Shown in pieces: positions 37,451 to 48,143 of a DNA stretch of 64,000 bases (position 1 is its first letter; the number at the start of each line of letters is the position of its first letter). The notes below the pieces were generated by a model, which did no database searches, had not been told where the DNA came from, and saw only the letters and a program-made list of their open reading frames with translations. The position numbers and the translations under genes are program-made. Origin of the DNA: Candidatus Omnitrophota bacterium (GTDB lineage: Bacteria; Omnitrophota; Gorgyraeia; Gygaellales; JAQTUX01); contig JAQTUX010000001.1 in the NCBI GenBank assembly GCA_028707125.1, positions 544,662 to 608,661 of the forward strand. The letters are read 5' to 3'.

Positions 37451-38341
37451 ATGTTGTCTCTCACCGTAGATTCGCCTGCCAAGTTGAACCTGTTTCTTTC
37501 TGTGGGCAACAGAAGGAAGGACTCCTACCATAATATAATCACCCTGTTTGAGCGCATAGACCTTAAAGACCGCGTAACCTTAAGAGTTATCAAAGAGCCC
37601 GGTATCGAGATCGTGTCTGAAAACAGCCGGATACCGCGCGATGAGACAAATCTTGCTTACAGGGCTGCCGCGCTTCTTAGGGATGAGTTTAAACCGCGGG
37701 CAGGCGTAACGATCAATATAGAGAAGCGCATACCTGTTGCGGCGGGTTTAGGGGGCGGCTCCAGCAATGCCGCGGCGGTGTTGATGGCGCTGCCGCGCAT
37801 GTGGCGTATCCGGATAAGCAGGGACAGATTAATTAAATTAGGCAGGGCATTGGGGGCGGATGTCGCCTTTTTCCTTTTCCGCGCGCCTTTCGCGCTTGGT
37901 GAAGGCGCCGGTGATGAGATAAAAGTCATACGCGATATAAAACACAGGTTCTGGCATGTATTAGTTGTGCCGGATATAGAGGTTTCTACGCGCTCCATTT
38001 ATGAAAAGTTTGACCTTGTTCGCGGGGAAAAATTAAGCCCCGAAAGGTTGACAAAGGCGCGCTCAGATGTTAAAATATTGCATAATACCTTGAAATTCAA
38101 GAGGTTTGCTCTCATCTCAAAAAATCTTAAGAATGAATTGGGCGAGGTCGCCGCGGGGTATATAGACGGCATAGCCAGGGCAAAAAGTATTCTTAGGAAG
38201 GCAGGGGTTGGGCCCGTAGCTGTTTCAGGCAGCGGCCCGGCCGTATTTTCAATAGTTAAGTCGAGAAAGGAGGCGGAAGAAATTAAGGGGCGGCTTGATG
38301 GGTTAAAAGGCTTAAGGGTGTTCGCGGCGAAGACCTATTAA
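37451..38341 (+). CDS. ispE: 4-diphosphocytidyl-2-C-methyl-D-erythritol kinase
   Basis: PAKLNLFL N-terminus and GHMP kinase PVAAGLGGGSSNAAA motif. Confidence 0.85.
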   Translation: MLSLTVDSPAKLNLFLSVGNRRKDSYHNIITLFERIDLKDRVTLRVIKEPGIEIVSENSRIPRDETNLAYRAAALLRDEFKPRAGVTINIEKRIPVAAGLGGGSSNAAAVLMALPRMWRIRISRDRLIKLGRALGADVAFFLFRAPFALGEGAGDEIKVIRDIKHRFWHVLVVPDIEVSTRSIYEKFDLVRGEKLSPERLTKARSDVKILHNTLKFKRFALISKNLKNELGEVAAGYIDGIARAKSILRKAGVGPVAVSGSGPAVFSIVKSRKEAEEIKGRLDGLKGLRVFAAKTY

Positions 38342-38357
38342 TTTCAAAGGGGGGGCT

Positions 38358-38765
38358 ATGGAGATAACCGAAGTCAGAGTCTTCTTGAAGGACAGTCCGG
38401 ACAAGAAACTGAAGGCATACGCGACGGTCACATTTGACGACGCGTTCGTGGTCAGGAATATAAAGGTCATTGAGGGTAAGAGCGGTTTGTTCATAGCCAT
38501 GCCTTCACGCAAGATAAAACAGCCGTGCCCTAAGTGCGGCGCGAGGAACGAATCGCGCTCCAAGTACTGCGGTGAATGCGCCGCTTCCCTTCCTGTGCCG
38601 GTAAGGCCGGCCCCGGGGGAGATGGGTAATGCTCAATCAGAGCACAAAGATATAGCCCACCCCATTACGCAATCGTTCAGGGAGCTTTTACAGAAGAAGG
38701 TGCTTGAGGCATACGAGCAGCAGAAGAAGAGCCCCGTATCCGCTTCCGTGGTAGATGATATATAA
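38358..38765 (+). CDS. spoVG: SpoVG family protein with an approximately 40-aa zinc-ribbon insertion
   Basis: MEITEVRV…GLFIAMPSRK…DIAHPI… SpoVG core interrupted by CPKCG…CGEC segment. Confidence 0.8.
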   Translation: MEITEVRVFLKDSPDKKLKAYATVTFDDAFVVRNIKVIEGKSGLFIAMPSRKIKQPCPKCGARNESRSKYCGECAASLPVPVRPAPGEMGNAQSEHKDIAHPITQSFRELLQKKVLEAYEQQKKSPVSASVVDDI

Positions 38766-38768
38766 TAC

Positions 38769-38840
38769 TGGGACGTCGTCCAATCGGTAGGACACGAGAA
38801 TTTGGGTCTCGCTATTGTGGTTCGATTCCACACGTCCCAA
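38769..38840 (+). tRNA. tRNA-Gln (anticodon TTG)
   Basis: Hand-folded cloverleaf: acceptor TGGGACG/CGTCCCA, D stem GTCC/GGAC, anticodon stem CGAGA/TCTCG with loop ATTTGGG, T arm TGTGG-TTCGATT-CCACA; no encoded CCA. Confidence 0.85.
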
Positions 38841-38867
38841 AGAATGAAAGGCGCCTGTTGAGTTGAT

Positions 38868-40130
38868 ATGAATAAAAACATAGCGGTCATAATTTTAGCG
38901 GCGGGAAAAGGCACGAGGATGAAGTCGGACACCCCCAAGGTCATGCATCCTTTATGCGGCAGGCCGATGTTGAGCTATGTCTTTGACCTGGCGCGCGGCC
39001 TGGGCGCGAAAAAGACGGTTGTCGTATTGGGGCATCAGCATAGAGAGATAAGGAGGATAGTCCCCGCCGGCGTAAAGATCGTCCTGCAGGATAAACTCCT
39101 GGGCACAGGAGACGCGGTTAAAAGGGCGCTTGGGGCGCTGGCAGGCTTCAAGGGAAGCGTTTTAATACTTTACGGCGACATCCCCTTATTGAAGAAAGAG
39201 AGCGTCAAAGGGCTTCTGAAATTCCATACCGGAAATGCCATAGACGCTACGGTCCTGACGGCGCTGGCCGGCGACCCCTCCGGTTATGGCAGGATCTTAA
39301 GGGACAAATGCCGCGCCGTCCGCGGCATAGTGGAAGAGGCGGACGCCAACGACGCCGAAAAGAACATCAATGAGATCAACACCGGCATAATCTGTTTCAG
39401 CAAGGAACGGCTATCCGGCGTTTTTAAATACCTCAAGGCCGACAACCGCAAGAAGGAATATTATCTTACCGATATAATCAGTGTCTTTTACGAAAAAGGG
39501 CTTTTGGTTGAGGCGATAAGGATAAAAGACGCTGAAGAGGCGATGGGGATCAATTCGCGCCTTGATCTAAGCCGCGCGAGCGCGGCCATGCGGCGCAGGA
39601 TAAACCACGATTTAATGGATAAGGGCGTGACGATCGCCTCCCCGGAGCACACATTTATCAATTACGGCGTTAAGATAGGCAAGGGGAGCGTAATTTATCC
39701 CTTTACAGTAATAGAGAACAATGTTATAATTGGACGCAATTGCTCAATAGGGCCTTTCTGTCATTTAAGGGACTCTGTAACGCTCAAAGATGGAACGTCG
39801 GCAGGCAATTTCGCCGAACTCGTCCGCACGCGGGTAGGCAAAAATACCCTGATAAAACATTTTAGTTACTTAGGAGACGCCGATATAGGGGCGGGAGTAA
39901 ATATCGGGGCCGGATGCGTTGTTGCCAATTTTGACGGCGCGGGGAAGCATAATACGAAGATCGGCAGCCGCGCGTTTATCGGCTCTGATTCGGTCCTGGT
40001 GGCGCCGGTAGAGATAGGCAGGGGCGCCAGGACAGGCGCCGGATGCGTGGTCACCAGGGACGTGGCCGCGGACAGCGTAGTGGTGGGAGTGCCCGCGCGG
40101 CCTTATACCCCAAGGAGTAAAAAAAGATGA
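38868..40130 (+). CDS. glmU: bifunctional GlcNAc-1-P uridyltransferase / GlcN-1-P acetyltransferase
   Basis: VIILAAGKGTRMKSDTPKV N-terminus; C-terminal hexapeptide repeats. Confidence 0.85.
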   Translation: MNKNIAVIILAAGKGTRMKSDTPKVMHPLCGRPMLSYVFDLARGLGAKKTVVVLGHQHREIRRIVPAGVKIVLQDKLLGTGDAVKRALGALAGFKGSVLILYGDIPLLKKESVKGLLKFHTGNAIDATVLTALAGDPSGYGRILRDKCRAVRGIVEEADANDAEKNINEINTGIICFSKERLSGVFKYLKADNRKKEYYLTDIISVFYEKGLLVEAIRIKDAEEAMGINSRLDLSRASAAMRRRINHDLMDKGVTIASPEHTFINYGVKIGKGSVIYPFTVIENNVIIGRNCSIGPFCHLRDSVTLKDGTSAGNFAELVRTRVGKNTLIKHFSYLGDADIGAGVNIGAGCVVANFDGAGKHNTKIGSRAFIGSDSVLVAPVEIGRGARTGAGCVVTRDVAADSVVVGVPARPYTPRSKKR

Positions 40131-41068
40131 AGGATCATATTTCGGTTTTCAGCGGCAATGCCAACAGAAAACTGGCGGAGGACATCTGTGGTTATTTGAA
40201 GGTCCCGCTCGCGAAGGCGCTGGTAGGCAGGTTCAGCGAAGGCGAGATAAGGGTAAAGATAGAGGACAATGTGCGGGGCAAGGATGTCTTTGTTGTCCAG
40301 CCCACGTGTTCTCCTCCCAATGATAATTTAATGGAGCTGCTTATAATGATCGACGCCTTAAAGCGGGCTTCCGCCAGCAGGATAACGGCGGTGATGCCCT
40401 ATTTCGGCTACGCCCGCCAGGACAGGAAAGATCAGCCGCGCGTGCCCATAACCGCCAAGCTGATCGCCAATCTTCTGACGGTGGCCGGCAGCGACAGGGT
40501 GTTGACTATGGACCTGCACGCCGGGCAGATCCAGGGTTTTTTTGACATACCGGTAGACCACCTCTTCGCCGTGGGCGTGCTCATAGAGGAATTCAAGGCC
40601 ATGGGCCTGGAGAACGTCGTAGTCGTATCGCCGGACGTAGGCAGCATTAAAATGTCGCGCGCCTACGCCAAGCGCCTGAATTCCCGTTTAGCCATAATCG
40701 ACAAAAGGCGCATTGACCCCGAGGATACAGAGGCGATGCATATTATGGGTGAGGTCAAGGGCAGCGATGCCATTATTGTTGACGATCTTATCGCTACAGG
40801 CAGTTCCCTGCTTGAGGCGGTAACCAAGCTGAAAGAGGAGGGCGCCAGGGACGTATATGCCGCGGTAACCCACGGTGTTTTGTCGGGGCCGGCGATAGAA
40901 AAAATAGATAAATGCCAGGCGTTAAAGCAACTCATGATCACCGACAGCATTCCTCTTGAGAACCATAAGAGGCATTCCAAGATAAAGGTGTTAAGCGTGG
41001 CCCCTCTTCTGGGCGAGGCGATAAAGCGTATTTACAATGAGGAGTCCATAAGCTGTTTATTCGATTGA
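40127..41068 (+). CDS. prs: ribose-phosphate pyrophosphokinase
   Basis: PRPP synthetase motifs (…DLHAGQIQGFF…, …VDDLIATGSS…). Confidence 0.9.
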   Translation: MKDHISVFSGNANRKLAEDICGYLKVPLAKALVGRFSEGEIRVKIEDNVRGKDVFVVQPTCSPPNDNLMELLIMIDALKRASASRITAVMPYFGYARQDRKDQPRVPITAKLIANLLTVAGSDRVLTMDLHAGQIQGFFDIPVDHLFAVGVLIEEFKAMGLENVVVVSPDVGSIKMSRAYAKRLNSRLAIIDKRRIDPEDTEAMHIMGEVKGSDAIIVDDLIATGSSLLEAVTKLKEEGARDVYAAVTHGVLSGPAIEKIDKCQALKQLMITDSIPLENHKRHSKIKVLSVAPLLGEAIKRIYNEESISCLFD

Positions 41069-41090
41069 GAAAAGGAGAATGTGAACCGCG

Positions 41091-41819
41091 ATGGAAGAAT
41101 TAATACTGCAGATAGAACCACGTAAGGAAGTCGGCAAAAGCGACGTAGGCAAGATGAGGCGCGAGGGCTTTGTGCCCGCCGTAGTGTACGGAGAAGGCAA
41201 GAAGACCGAGCCGGTCAAGATATCGTCTCATGAACTGTTCAAGTTTATACACGCGCACCGCCTTGAGAACGTCATAATAAACCTCATGCCTAAGGGCGCC
41301 TCCGGCAAGGAAAAAGGCAAACAGGTGATAATAAAAGAGATACAGTATCACCCCGTGGACGGCGATATCGTGCACATAGATTTTCACCAGTTGTCCCTCA
41401 CAAAGGCGATCCAGGTCAAGGTCAGCGTTGAGGCCAGGGGCGACGCGGTAGGCGTTAAGGCGGAGGGCGGCGTGCTTGAACATAATCTCTGGGACATAGA
41501 GATCGAATGCCTTCCTACGCAGATCCCGCCTAAGTTTGAAGTGGATGTGAGCAATATGAAGATAGGTGATGTAGTGCATATAAAGGATATGGCCTTTTCT
41601 CCGGATATAAAGGTATTGCATGACCCTGATACAATAGTGTTGTCTATCGTGCATCCGGTCAAGGTGGAAGAGGCGGCCGCGCCTGAAGAGGCGGCTGCCG
41701 AGGCGCAGGAACCGGAAGTCATAAAGAAGGAAAAGAAGGAAGGGGAAGAGGGAGAGGCCGCGCCTGAAGAAAAGAAGGAAGAGAAGAAGCCGCAGAAAGA
41801 AGAGAAAAAGGGCGCTTAA
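41091..41819 (+). CDS. rplY: ribosomal protein L25 / general stress protein Ctc, with acidic/Lys-rich C-terminal tail
   Basis: L25 N-domain plus beta-barrel C-domain; low-complexity E/K/A tail. Confidence 0.85.
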   Translation: MEELILQIEPRKEVGKSDVGKMRREGFVPAVVYGEGKKTEPVKISSHELFKFIHAHRLENVIINLMPKGASGKEKGKQVIIKEIQYHPVDGDIVHIDFHQLSLTKAIQVKVSVEARGDAVGVKAEGGVLEHNLWDIEIECLPTQIPPKFEVDVSNMKIGDVVHIKDMAFSPDIKVLHDPDTIVLSIVHPVKVEEAAAPEEAAAEAQEPEVIKKEKKEGEEGEAAPEEKKEEKKPQKEEKKGA

Positions 41820-41821
41820 AG

Positions 41822-42403
41822 TTGAAGCTTATTGTGGGTCTGGGCAATCCCGGGCCGAGATACGCGAACACCAGGCATAATTTCGGCTCCATAGTAGTAA
41901 AGGCGCTGGCAAAGGAATACAAGGCGGCATTCGCGGCCGACAGTCGCAGCCATAGCCGTAAGGCAAAGATCAACACCGAGGCAGGGCCGGCCTTGATCGC
42001 GCTGCCCGATACTTATATGAACCTTTCCGGCGTGGCAGTTGCCTCGCTCGTTAAGAGATACACGGATGAACTGGATGAGCTTTTGGTAGTGGCGGATGAT
42101 GTGAGTATCCCCTTTGGCGATATGCGCCTCAGGAAAAAGGGAGGCGCCGGGGGCCACAAGGGGCTTGGATCCGTAATAGAGGCGTTGGGTTCTAAAGAGT
42201 TCGCGCGGCTGCGCCTCGGGATCTTGCCTGAGAAGGAAACGGGCGGGGATCTGAGCGATTTTGTGCTGGCGGGTTTTAACAGGCAGGAATGGAAGAATAT
42301 AGGGGCGGTAATTGATAACGCCGTTATGTGTATCCAGGAATGGATGGACAAGGGCGTTGATTCCGCCATGAACAAATACAACGGGAAGACGCCCGCTGTA
42401 TAA
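41822..42403 (+). CDS. pth: peptidyl-tRNA hydrolase
   Basis: LIVGLGNPG N-terminus; TTG start; classic glmU-prs-ctc-pth order. Confidence 0.85.
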   Translation: MKLIVGLGNPGPRYANTRHNFGSIVVKALAKEYKAAFAADSRSHSRKAKINTEAGPALIALPDTYMNLSGVAVASLVKRYTDELDELLVVADDVSIPFGDMRLRKKGGAGGHKGLGSVIEALGSKEFARLRLGILPEKETGGDLSDFVLAGFNRQEWKNIGAVIDNAVMCIQEWMDKGVDSAMNKYNGKTPAV

Positions 42404-42424
42404 AAAGGAAAGGGCATTGCCGGT

Positions 42425-42709
42425 ATGAATAAATACGAAACAATGTTGATCTTGAAGCCGGATTCTCCGGCCCAGGAGCGCGAGGCGCTCATGAAGTCCC
42501 TGACGGATTTATTCTCCAAGAACGGGGCGACGGTCATATCTTCGGCCGTATGGTCTGAGAAAAGAAAGCTCGCCTATCCCATAAAGAAACAGAAGGAAGG
42601 CGTGTATCACCTGATGGTCTTTGAATCGGCGCCTGAGGCCGTAGTCAAGATACGGCACGCGCTGTCGCTTAACGATTCGGTGATAAGGGCTTCTATTTTA
42701 AAAATCTGA
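42425..42709 (+). CDS. rpsF: ribosomal protein S6
   Basis: YETMLILKPD N-terminus. Confidence 0.85.
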   Translation: MNKYETMLILKPDSPAQEREALMKSLTDLFSKNGATVISSAVWSEKRKLAYPIKKQKEGVYHLMVFESAPEAVVKIRHALSLNDSVIRASILKI

Positions 42710-42723
42710 GGAGGTACGCGGTT

Positions 42724-43185
42724 ATGGCGAGCTTGAATAAGGTGTTGCTTATCGGCAATCTTACCAAAGATCCTGAATTGCGCTACACCCCTCAGGGTAC
42801 GGCGGTTGTGAACTTGAGGATGGCGGTTAACAGGCGTTTTAAGGACAAGACCGGCGCGCAGAAAGACGAGGCGTGTTTTATCACCGTGGTGGTCTGGGAT
42901 AAGCAGGCCGAGATATGCAACCAGTATCTTCAGAAAGGCCGCCCGGTATTTATTGAAGGCAGGCTTCAGTCGCGTTCTTGGCAGGACAATGCCGGTCAGA
43001 AAAGAAACGTGGTAGAGGTCAGGGCCGAGCGCGTGCAGTTCCTCGGCTATTCGCAGCAGGGCAAGGTGGCGGCAGCGGATATGGGCGCGGAAAAGAAAGA
43101 AATGCCCGCCGAGGAAGCGATAGATTCCACGGGCAGCGCCTGGCTTGAGGACGGCGCCGAAGACGCTTTAGATACTAACAGTTGA
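42724..43185 (+). CDS. ssb: single-stranded DNA-binding protein
   Basis: OB-fold N-domain (…[18 protein letters not shown]…), acidic C-terminal tip. Confidence 0.88.
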   Translation: MASLNKVLLIGNLTKDPELRYTPQGTAVVNLRMAVNRRFKDKTGAQKDEACFITVVVWDKQAEICNQYLQKGRPVFIEGRLQSRSWQDNAGQKRNVVEVRAERVQFLGYSQQGKVAAADMGAEKKEMPAEEAIDSTGSAWLEDGAEDALDTNS

Positions 43186-43201
43186 GGATGAAAGGAAGGA
43201 T

Positions 43202-43429
43202 ATGGCTAAATTTCCCGCTTTGCAGGTAAGAAAGAAGTTTTGCAGATTTTGCGCGGACAAGGTAAGCGCGATCGATTACAAGGACACTAAACGGCTGGAG
43301 AGGATAGTGAGCGAAAGAGGCAAGATACTATCCGTGCGCGTCACAGGGACCTGCGCGAGGCACCAGAGGATGCTCCGGCGGGCAGTGAATAAGGCGAGGT
43401 TTCTGGCTCTTCTGCCGCACATAAAGTAA
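43202..43429 (+). CDS. rpsR: ribosomal protein S18
   Basis: …CRFC…IDYKD… S18 signature. Confidence 0.85.
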   Translation: MAKFPALQVRKKFCRFCADKVSAIDYKDTKRLERIVSERGKILSVRVTGTCARHQRMLRRAVNKARFLALLPHIK

Positions 43430-43449
43430 TCCTAAGGAGAATAAAGGTA

Positions 43450-43893
43450 ATGAAGGTCATACTGTGCAAGGATATGCCGAAGATGGGCAAGGCAGGGGAT
43501 ATCGTAAGCGTGAAGGACGGCTACGCCAGGAATTGTCTTATACCTCAAGGTGCGGCCCTGCGCGCTACCGATGCCAACATAAAAAAGATAGAACTTGCCG
43601 GCGAGAGGCAGATCAAAGAACTGAACGCGAAAAAACAGGAATTAACCCTTGTGGCGGAGAAGATGTCCGGCGCCTCGGTTAATATAGAGGCGGAGGCCAC
43701 CGATGACGATAAGCTGTATGGGGCGGTAGGCCCCGCGCAGATCGCCGCCGCCTTAAAGAATGAGGGATTCCCGGCAGAGGAGGATCAGATAGACCTGCCG
43801 GAACCGATAAAGGCGCTGGGGATATACGAGGCCTCGGTAAAACTGTCCTCCGATATATCGGCGAAGATCAAGGTCTGGGTCGTCAGGAGATAA
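43450..43893 (+). CDS. rplI: ribosomal protein L9
   Basis: MKVIL…VKDGYARN N-domain. Confidence 0.85.
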   Translation: MKVILCKDMPKMGKAGDIVSVKDGYARNCLIPQGAALRATDANIKKIELAGERQIKELNAKKQELTLVAEKMSGASVNIEAEATDDDKLYGAVGPAQIAAALKNEGFPAEEDQIDLPEPIKALGIYEASVKLSSDISAKIKVWVVRR

Positions 43894-43897
43894 GTTT

Positions 43898-45244
43898 ATG
43901 GAAACGGGCGGATTGACGGCGATGGGCAAGGTGCCGCCGCAGAACCTGGAAGCGGAAATGGCGGTGCTGGGCTCTATGCTGCTTTCCGAAGAGGCCATAA
44001 TGGTCTCCATTGAAATACTGGACAGGGGGATATTCTACGATTCAAAACACCAGAAGGTCTACGAAGCGATAATAGAACTGTTCAATCAGGAGAAGGCGGC
44101 CGACGTAGTCACGGTATGCGACGAACTGAAACGTAAAGGCATGCTGGAAGACATAGGGGGCGCCTCTTATATAGCGGAGCTTGCCAATTCAGTGCCTACC
44201 GCCGCCAACGTAGCGCACTACGCGAAGATCGTCAAGGATAAAGGCATACTTCGCGAGCTTATCAACCGCGGCACACAGATAGTAAATGAGGCCACTGAGG
44301 CGCAGGAAAACACGGACCAGATAGTCGACCACGCCGAGCGGCTTATTTATGAGATAAGCGAGCGCAGGATAACCGGCGGCTCCCTGCCGATAAGAAGCAT
44401 AATACACGATACGATCGAGAAGATAGATACTCTTTATCAGAAAAAAGAGCACGTTACAGGCATACCCACCGGATTTATTCACCTTGACCGGCAGACCGCC
44501 GGTATGCAGCCCTCGGACCTGATCGTTATCGCCGCGCGCCCATCCATGGGCAAAAGCGCCCTTGCCATAAGCATGGCTGATCATATCGGGGTGGAAAAGA
44601 AGATGCCCCTGGTTATCTTCAGCCTGGAAATGTCCCGCGAACAGCTGGTACAGCGTCTGCTTTGCGCCCACGCGAGGGTAGACGCCCACAATGTGCGCAC
44701 AGGATATCTCTCTACCTCTGATTGGCCTAAGCTTACCGCTGCCGCGGGAAAGCTTTCCCAGTCGCCGATATACATTGACGATACGCCGGCGATGTCGGTG
44801 ATAGAAATAAGGGCCAAGGCAAGGAGGATGAAGCTCCATCACGATATAAAGTTTGTCATAGTGGATTATCTCCAGTTGATGCGCGGCTCAGCCGGTTCCG
44901 AGAACAGGCAGCAGGAGATCTCCGATATCTCGCGTTCGCTTAAGGCGCTGGCGCGCGAGTTGAGCATACCCGTTGTCGCCATCAGCCAGCTTTCACGGGC
45001 TGTGGAGGCGCGGCCGGGCCACCGCCCGCAGTTATCGGACCTGCGCGAGTCAGGCGCCATTGAGCAGGACGCGGATGTGGTGATCCTGTTATACCGCGAG
45101 GACTATTATTCACAGGAAACAGAAAACAAAGGCGTCACCGAGATCAACATAGCAAAACAGAGGAACGGCCCGGTGGGCACGATAAAACTTACTTTTATAA
45201 AAGAGTATATGAAGTTTGAAAGCCTGGCTGTTCAGCAGGTTTGA
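43898..45244 (+). CDS. dnaB: replicative DNA helicase
   Basis: N-terminal DnaB domain (…[16 protein letters not shown]…), Walker A GKSA, RecA-like C-domain. Confidence 0.92.
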   Translation: METGGLTAMGKVPPQNLEAEMAVLGSMLLSEEAIMVSIEILDRGIFYDSKHQKVYEAIIELFNQEKAADVVTVCDELKRKGMLEDIGGASYIAELANSVPTAANVAHYAKIVKDKGILRELINRGTQIVNEATEAQENTDQIVDHAERLIYEISERRITGGSLPIRSIIHDTIEKIDTLYQKKEHVTGIPTGFIHLDRQTAGMQPSDLIVIAARPSMGKSALAISMADHIGVEKKMPLVIFSLEMSREQLVQRLLCAHARVDAHNVRTGYLSTSDWPKLTAAAGKLSQSPIYIDDTPAMSVIEIRAKARRMKLHHDIKFVIVDYLQLMRGSAGSENRQQEISDISRSLKALARELSIPVVAISQLSRAVEARPGHRPQLSDLRESGAIEQDADVVILLYREDYYSQETENKGVTEINIAKQRNGPVGTIKLTFIKEYMKFESLAVQQV

Positions 45245-45258
45245 TCCCAGAGGGGGCT

Positions 45259-47607
45259 ATGCGTAAGAAAAAAATCAGCGGTGTAATGGCGTTATTGACT
45301 TTCTGCCTTTGTATCTTTCTTGCCTCGGGTTTTAACTTAAGAGCGGAAGAGGAGAGCGCGCAGCAGGCAGAGGCAGCGGCTGAGGAGCCGCGGACGATCA
45401 CCGCCATAGAAGTCAGGGGCAACCAGTCGGTTTCCGGCAACAGCATCCTTTCCAAGATGAAGGCAAAGACCGGAACACCCTTTAGCGAGAATATAATCAG
45501 CGATGACGTAAAAAGGCTGTACCTGCTGGGTTACTTTGAGGACGTAAATACCGAGACAGAGGCCTACAAGGACGGGGTCAAGGTGATAGTAAATGTCAAA
45601 GAAAGGCCTGTCATATCCGGCATAGGATTTTCGGGGGTGAGGCACCACCTTGAGGAGAGGGTAAAGGGGCTGATCGGATCAAAAGAAGGGCAGTACCTTG
45701 ATTTTGCCAAACTGCAGAACGACATAGAGGCCATAAAGGAGTTTTATAGAAAGAGAGGGTTTGGCGATATAGAGGCGGAATATAAGGCCGATACGGATAG
45801 CGCGGCTAATAAATCCAAAGTAACCTTCGCCATAAAAGAAGGCCGGCGCATCAGGATCAGGTTCCTGAGCTTCTCCGGCAATAAGGCGTTTTCCTACAAG
45901 CGGCTGATGAAGATCGTCAAGACCCGGCCGGCATCTTTGATCGGCTCCGGGGTATTGAATGACGAGGTGATAGAGCAGGATATGGAGCGGCTGAGCTCTT
46001 TTTACCGCCGCGAGGGGTTCGCCGACGTAAAGGTTGATTATTCGGTGGATTTCGGCACATACAGGAGGGGCGCCTTTGTTACTATCGCGATAGAGGAAGG
46101 CGTAAAGTACACCGTGGAGGGCGTTAAGGTAAAGGGGAACAAGGTATTCACCGGCGATGAGATACTCAAGAAACTGGAGTCCTGCCTGCCTGGTAAGGTA
46201 TACAGCCAGGAGGCGATGAAGGAAGACGCCGCGCGCATACAGGGGATGTATTTTGATGTGGGCTATATTTTCGCCAGGGTGGAAGACGTTGCCAGCGTTG
46301 ACGAGAAAAGCGGCCGCGTTAATATAGCGTATAATATTATTGAGAGTGAGATCGCCTATGTCGGCAAGATCAATATAAAGGGTAACGTCAAGACCAAGGA
46401 CACGGTAATAAGGAGAGAGCTGAGGATAAAGCCCGGGGATAAGTTTGACGGCGAGAAACTGCGCCGCAGCAAAGAGCGCCTGCATAACCTCGGTTTCTTT
46501 GAGGATATTTCTTACGATACCGAAGATACGGGCGAACCGAACAAGGAGGACCTGGTGGTTGAGGTGAAAGAGGCCAAGACCGGCTCCTTTAGTTTCGGCG
46601 GCGGCTATTCCACGGTTGAGGAGTTCGTCGGGTTCTTTGAGATAGAGCAGAAAAACTTCGACTGGAAGAATTTTCCTTATTTTACCGGCGACGGCCAGGA
46701 CCTGACTTTGCGCGCGGAAATGGGCTCCATAAGCAATCTTTTTGACCTGAGTTTCACCGAGCCCTGGCTTTTTGATTATCCCGTATCATTCGGCTTTGAT
46801 TTATACAGGAGGGAGCAGGACCGCGAGTCAGACGTGGGTTACGGTTACGACGAAAGCAGGCAGGGCGGCAGGCTGCGGCTGGGTAAAGAATTTTCAGAAT
46901 ACCTGAAAGGCAGCCTGACCTACAGGATAGACCAGATCGATATTACCGATATAACCACCAACGCGTCGGCAGACCTGAAGGCGGAGGAAGGCGAGAACAC
47001 GATAAGCAGCTTTACCTTCGGCCTGACAAGAGATACGCGGGACAGCGTGTTCGAGCCGACCAGGGGATATACGATATCTGAAAGTCTTGAGGTGGCAGGA
47101 GGCCCGTTCGCGGGAGACAAGGATTTTATGAAGCTTAACGCGCTGGGCAGCAAGTATTTTCTCCTTCCGCTTAAGGCGGTGCTTGAGTTGAGGCTGAGGG
47201 CGGGTATTGCCGATGCCTATGGGGATTCTGAGAAGATACCTATATATGAACGTTTCTTCGCCGGGGGCGCTAATTCGATCAGGGGTTATAACGAGAGGAA
47301 GGTAGGCCCCATAGATACCGCCTCGGAAGACCCCCTCGGAGGAGAGGCGCTTTTGGTCGGCAATGTAGAATATGTTTATCCGTTCCTGGATTTTCTTAAG
47401 GGGGCGGTTTTCTATGATATAGGCAATGTGTGGCAGAAGGTGGACAAGATCGGCAGCGGCGAGTTTAAGTCCAGCTTAGGGTTTGGCGTCAGGATAAAGA
47501 CGCCCCTCGGGCCGCTTAAACTTGATTACGGCTTTCCCTTGAACCTTGAGGCAGGGGAAGAGGATAAGGAAGGTAAATTCCATTTCAGCGTAAGTCATGG
47601 GTTTTAG
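45259..47607 (+). CDS. bamA: outer membrane protein assembly factor BamA
   Basis: Signal peptide, POTRA repeats, Omp85 beta-barrel with terminal aromatic residue; track start 45241 trimmed to ATG with RBS. Confidence 0.85.
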   Translation: MRKKKISGVMALLTFCLCIFLASGFNLRAEEESAQQAEAAAEEPRTITAIEVRGNQSVSGNSILSKMKAKTGTPFSENIISDDVKRLYLLGYFEDVNTETEAYKDGVKVIVNVKERPVISGIGFSGVRHHLEERVKGLIGSKEGQYLDFAKLQNDIEAIKEFYRKRGFGDIEAEYKADTDSAANKSKVTFAIKEGRRIRIRFLSFSGNKAFSYKRLMKIVKTRPASLIGSGVLNDEVIEQDMERLSSFYRREGFADVKVDYSVDFGTYRRGAFVTIAIEEGVKYTVEGVKVKGNKVFTGDEILKKLESCLPGKVYSQEAMKEDAARIQGMYFDVGYIFARVEDVASVDEKSGRVNIAYNIIESEIAYVGKINIKGNVKTKDTVIRRELRIKPGDKFDGEKLRRSKERLHNLGFFEDISYDTEDTGEPNKEDLVVEVKEAKTGSFSFGGGYSTVEEFVGFFEIEQKNFDWKNFPYFTGDGQDLTLRAEMGSISNLFDLSFTEPWLFDYPVSFGFDLYRREQDRESDVGYGYDESRQGGRLRLGKEFSEYLKGSLTYRIDQIDITDITTNASADLKAEEGENTISSFTFGLTRDTRDSVFEPTRGYTISESLEVAGGPFAGDKDFMKLNALGSKYFLLPLKAVLELRLRAGIADAYGDSEKIPIYERFFAGGANSIRGYNERKVGPIDTASEDPLGGEALLVGNVEYVYPFLDFLKGAVFYDIGNVWQKVDKIGSGEFKSSLGFGVRIKTPLGPLKLDYGFPLNLEAGEEDKEGKFHFSVSHGF

Positions 47608-47630
47608 ATAAACAAAAAGAAGGAGGCAAT

Positions 47631-48143
47631 ATGCGCAGGTTAGTGGCAGCGGTAGCAACGGCGGCATTCTTGTTCTTATCTTTGCAGACGGCGGCATACG
47701 CGGCAGACAAGATCGGTTATGTCGACCTGAATAAGTTGTTTGAAGGCCATCCGCGGACAAAGGACTATGATAAGGCATTAGAAGAAAAGCAGGGTAAATA
47801 CGAAAAAGAGAGGGAAAAGAAGGTTGAAGATATAAAGGCCATTCAGGATAAGATGGGGCTTTTGAGCGATAAAGAAAAGGAAGCAAGCAAGGGCAAGCTT
47901 GATGAGAATGTAAATACCCTTAGAGAGTTTGACAGGGAACAGCAGACCGACCTGAGGAAGGAAAGGGACGAGAAGCTCGCGGAGATATTGAAAGACATAG
48001 AAGCGGCGATAGCCGAATACGCCCAGAAAGACGGCTACGCGCTGATACTCAACGACAAGGTCCTTATGTATCAGGATAAAGGCCTTAACGTTACGGATAA
48101 GGTGCTGGAGATACTGAAGAAAGGTACGCCCGCGAAGAAATAG
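47631..48143 (+). CDS. skp: periplasmic chaperone Skp/OmpH
   Basis: Signal peptide, coiled-coil rich 170 aa, position between bamA and lpxD. Confidence 0.75.
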   Translation: MRRLVAAVATAAFLFLSLQTAAYAADKIGYVDLNKLFEGHPRTKDYDKALEEKQGKYEKEREKKVEDIKAIQDKMGLLSDKEKEASKGKLDENVNTLREFDREQQTDLRKERDEKLAEILKDIEAAIAEYAQKDGYALILNDKVLMYQDKGLNVTDKVLEILKKGTPAKK

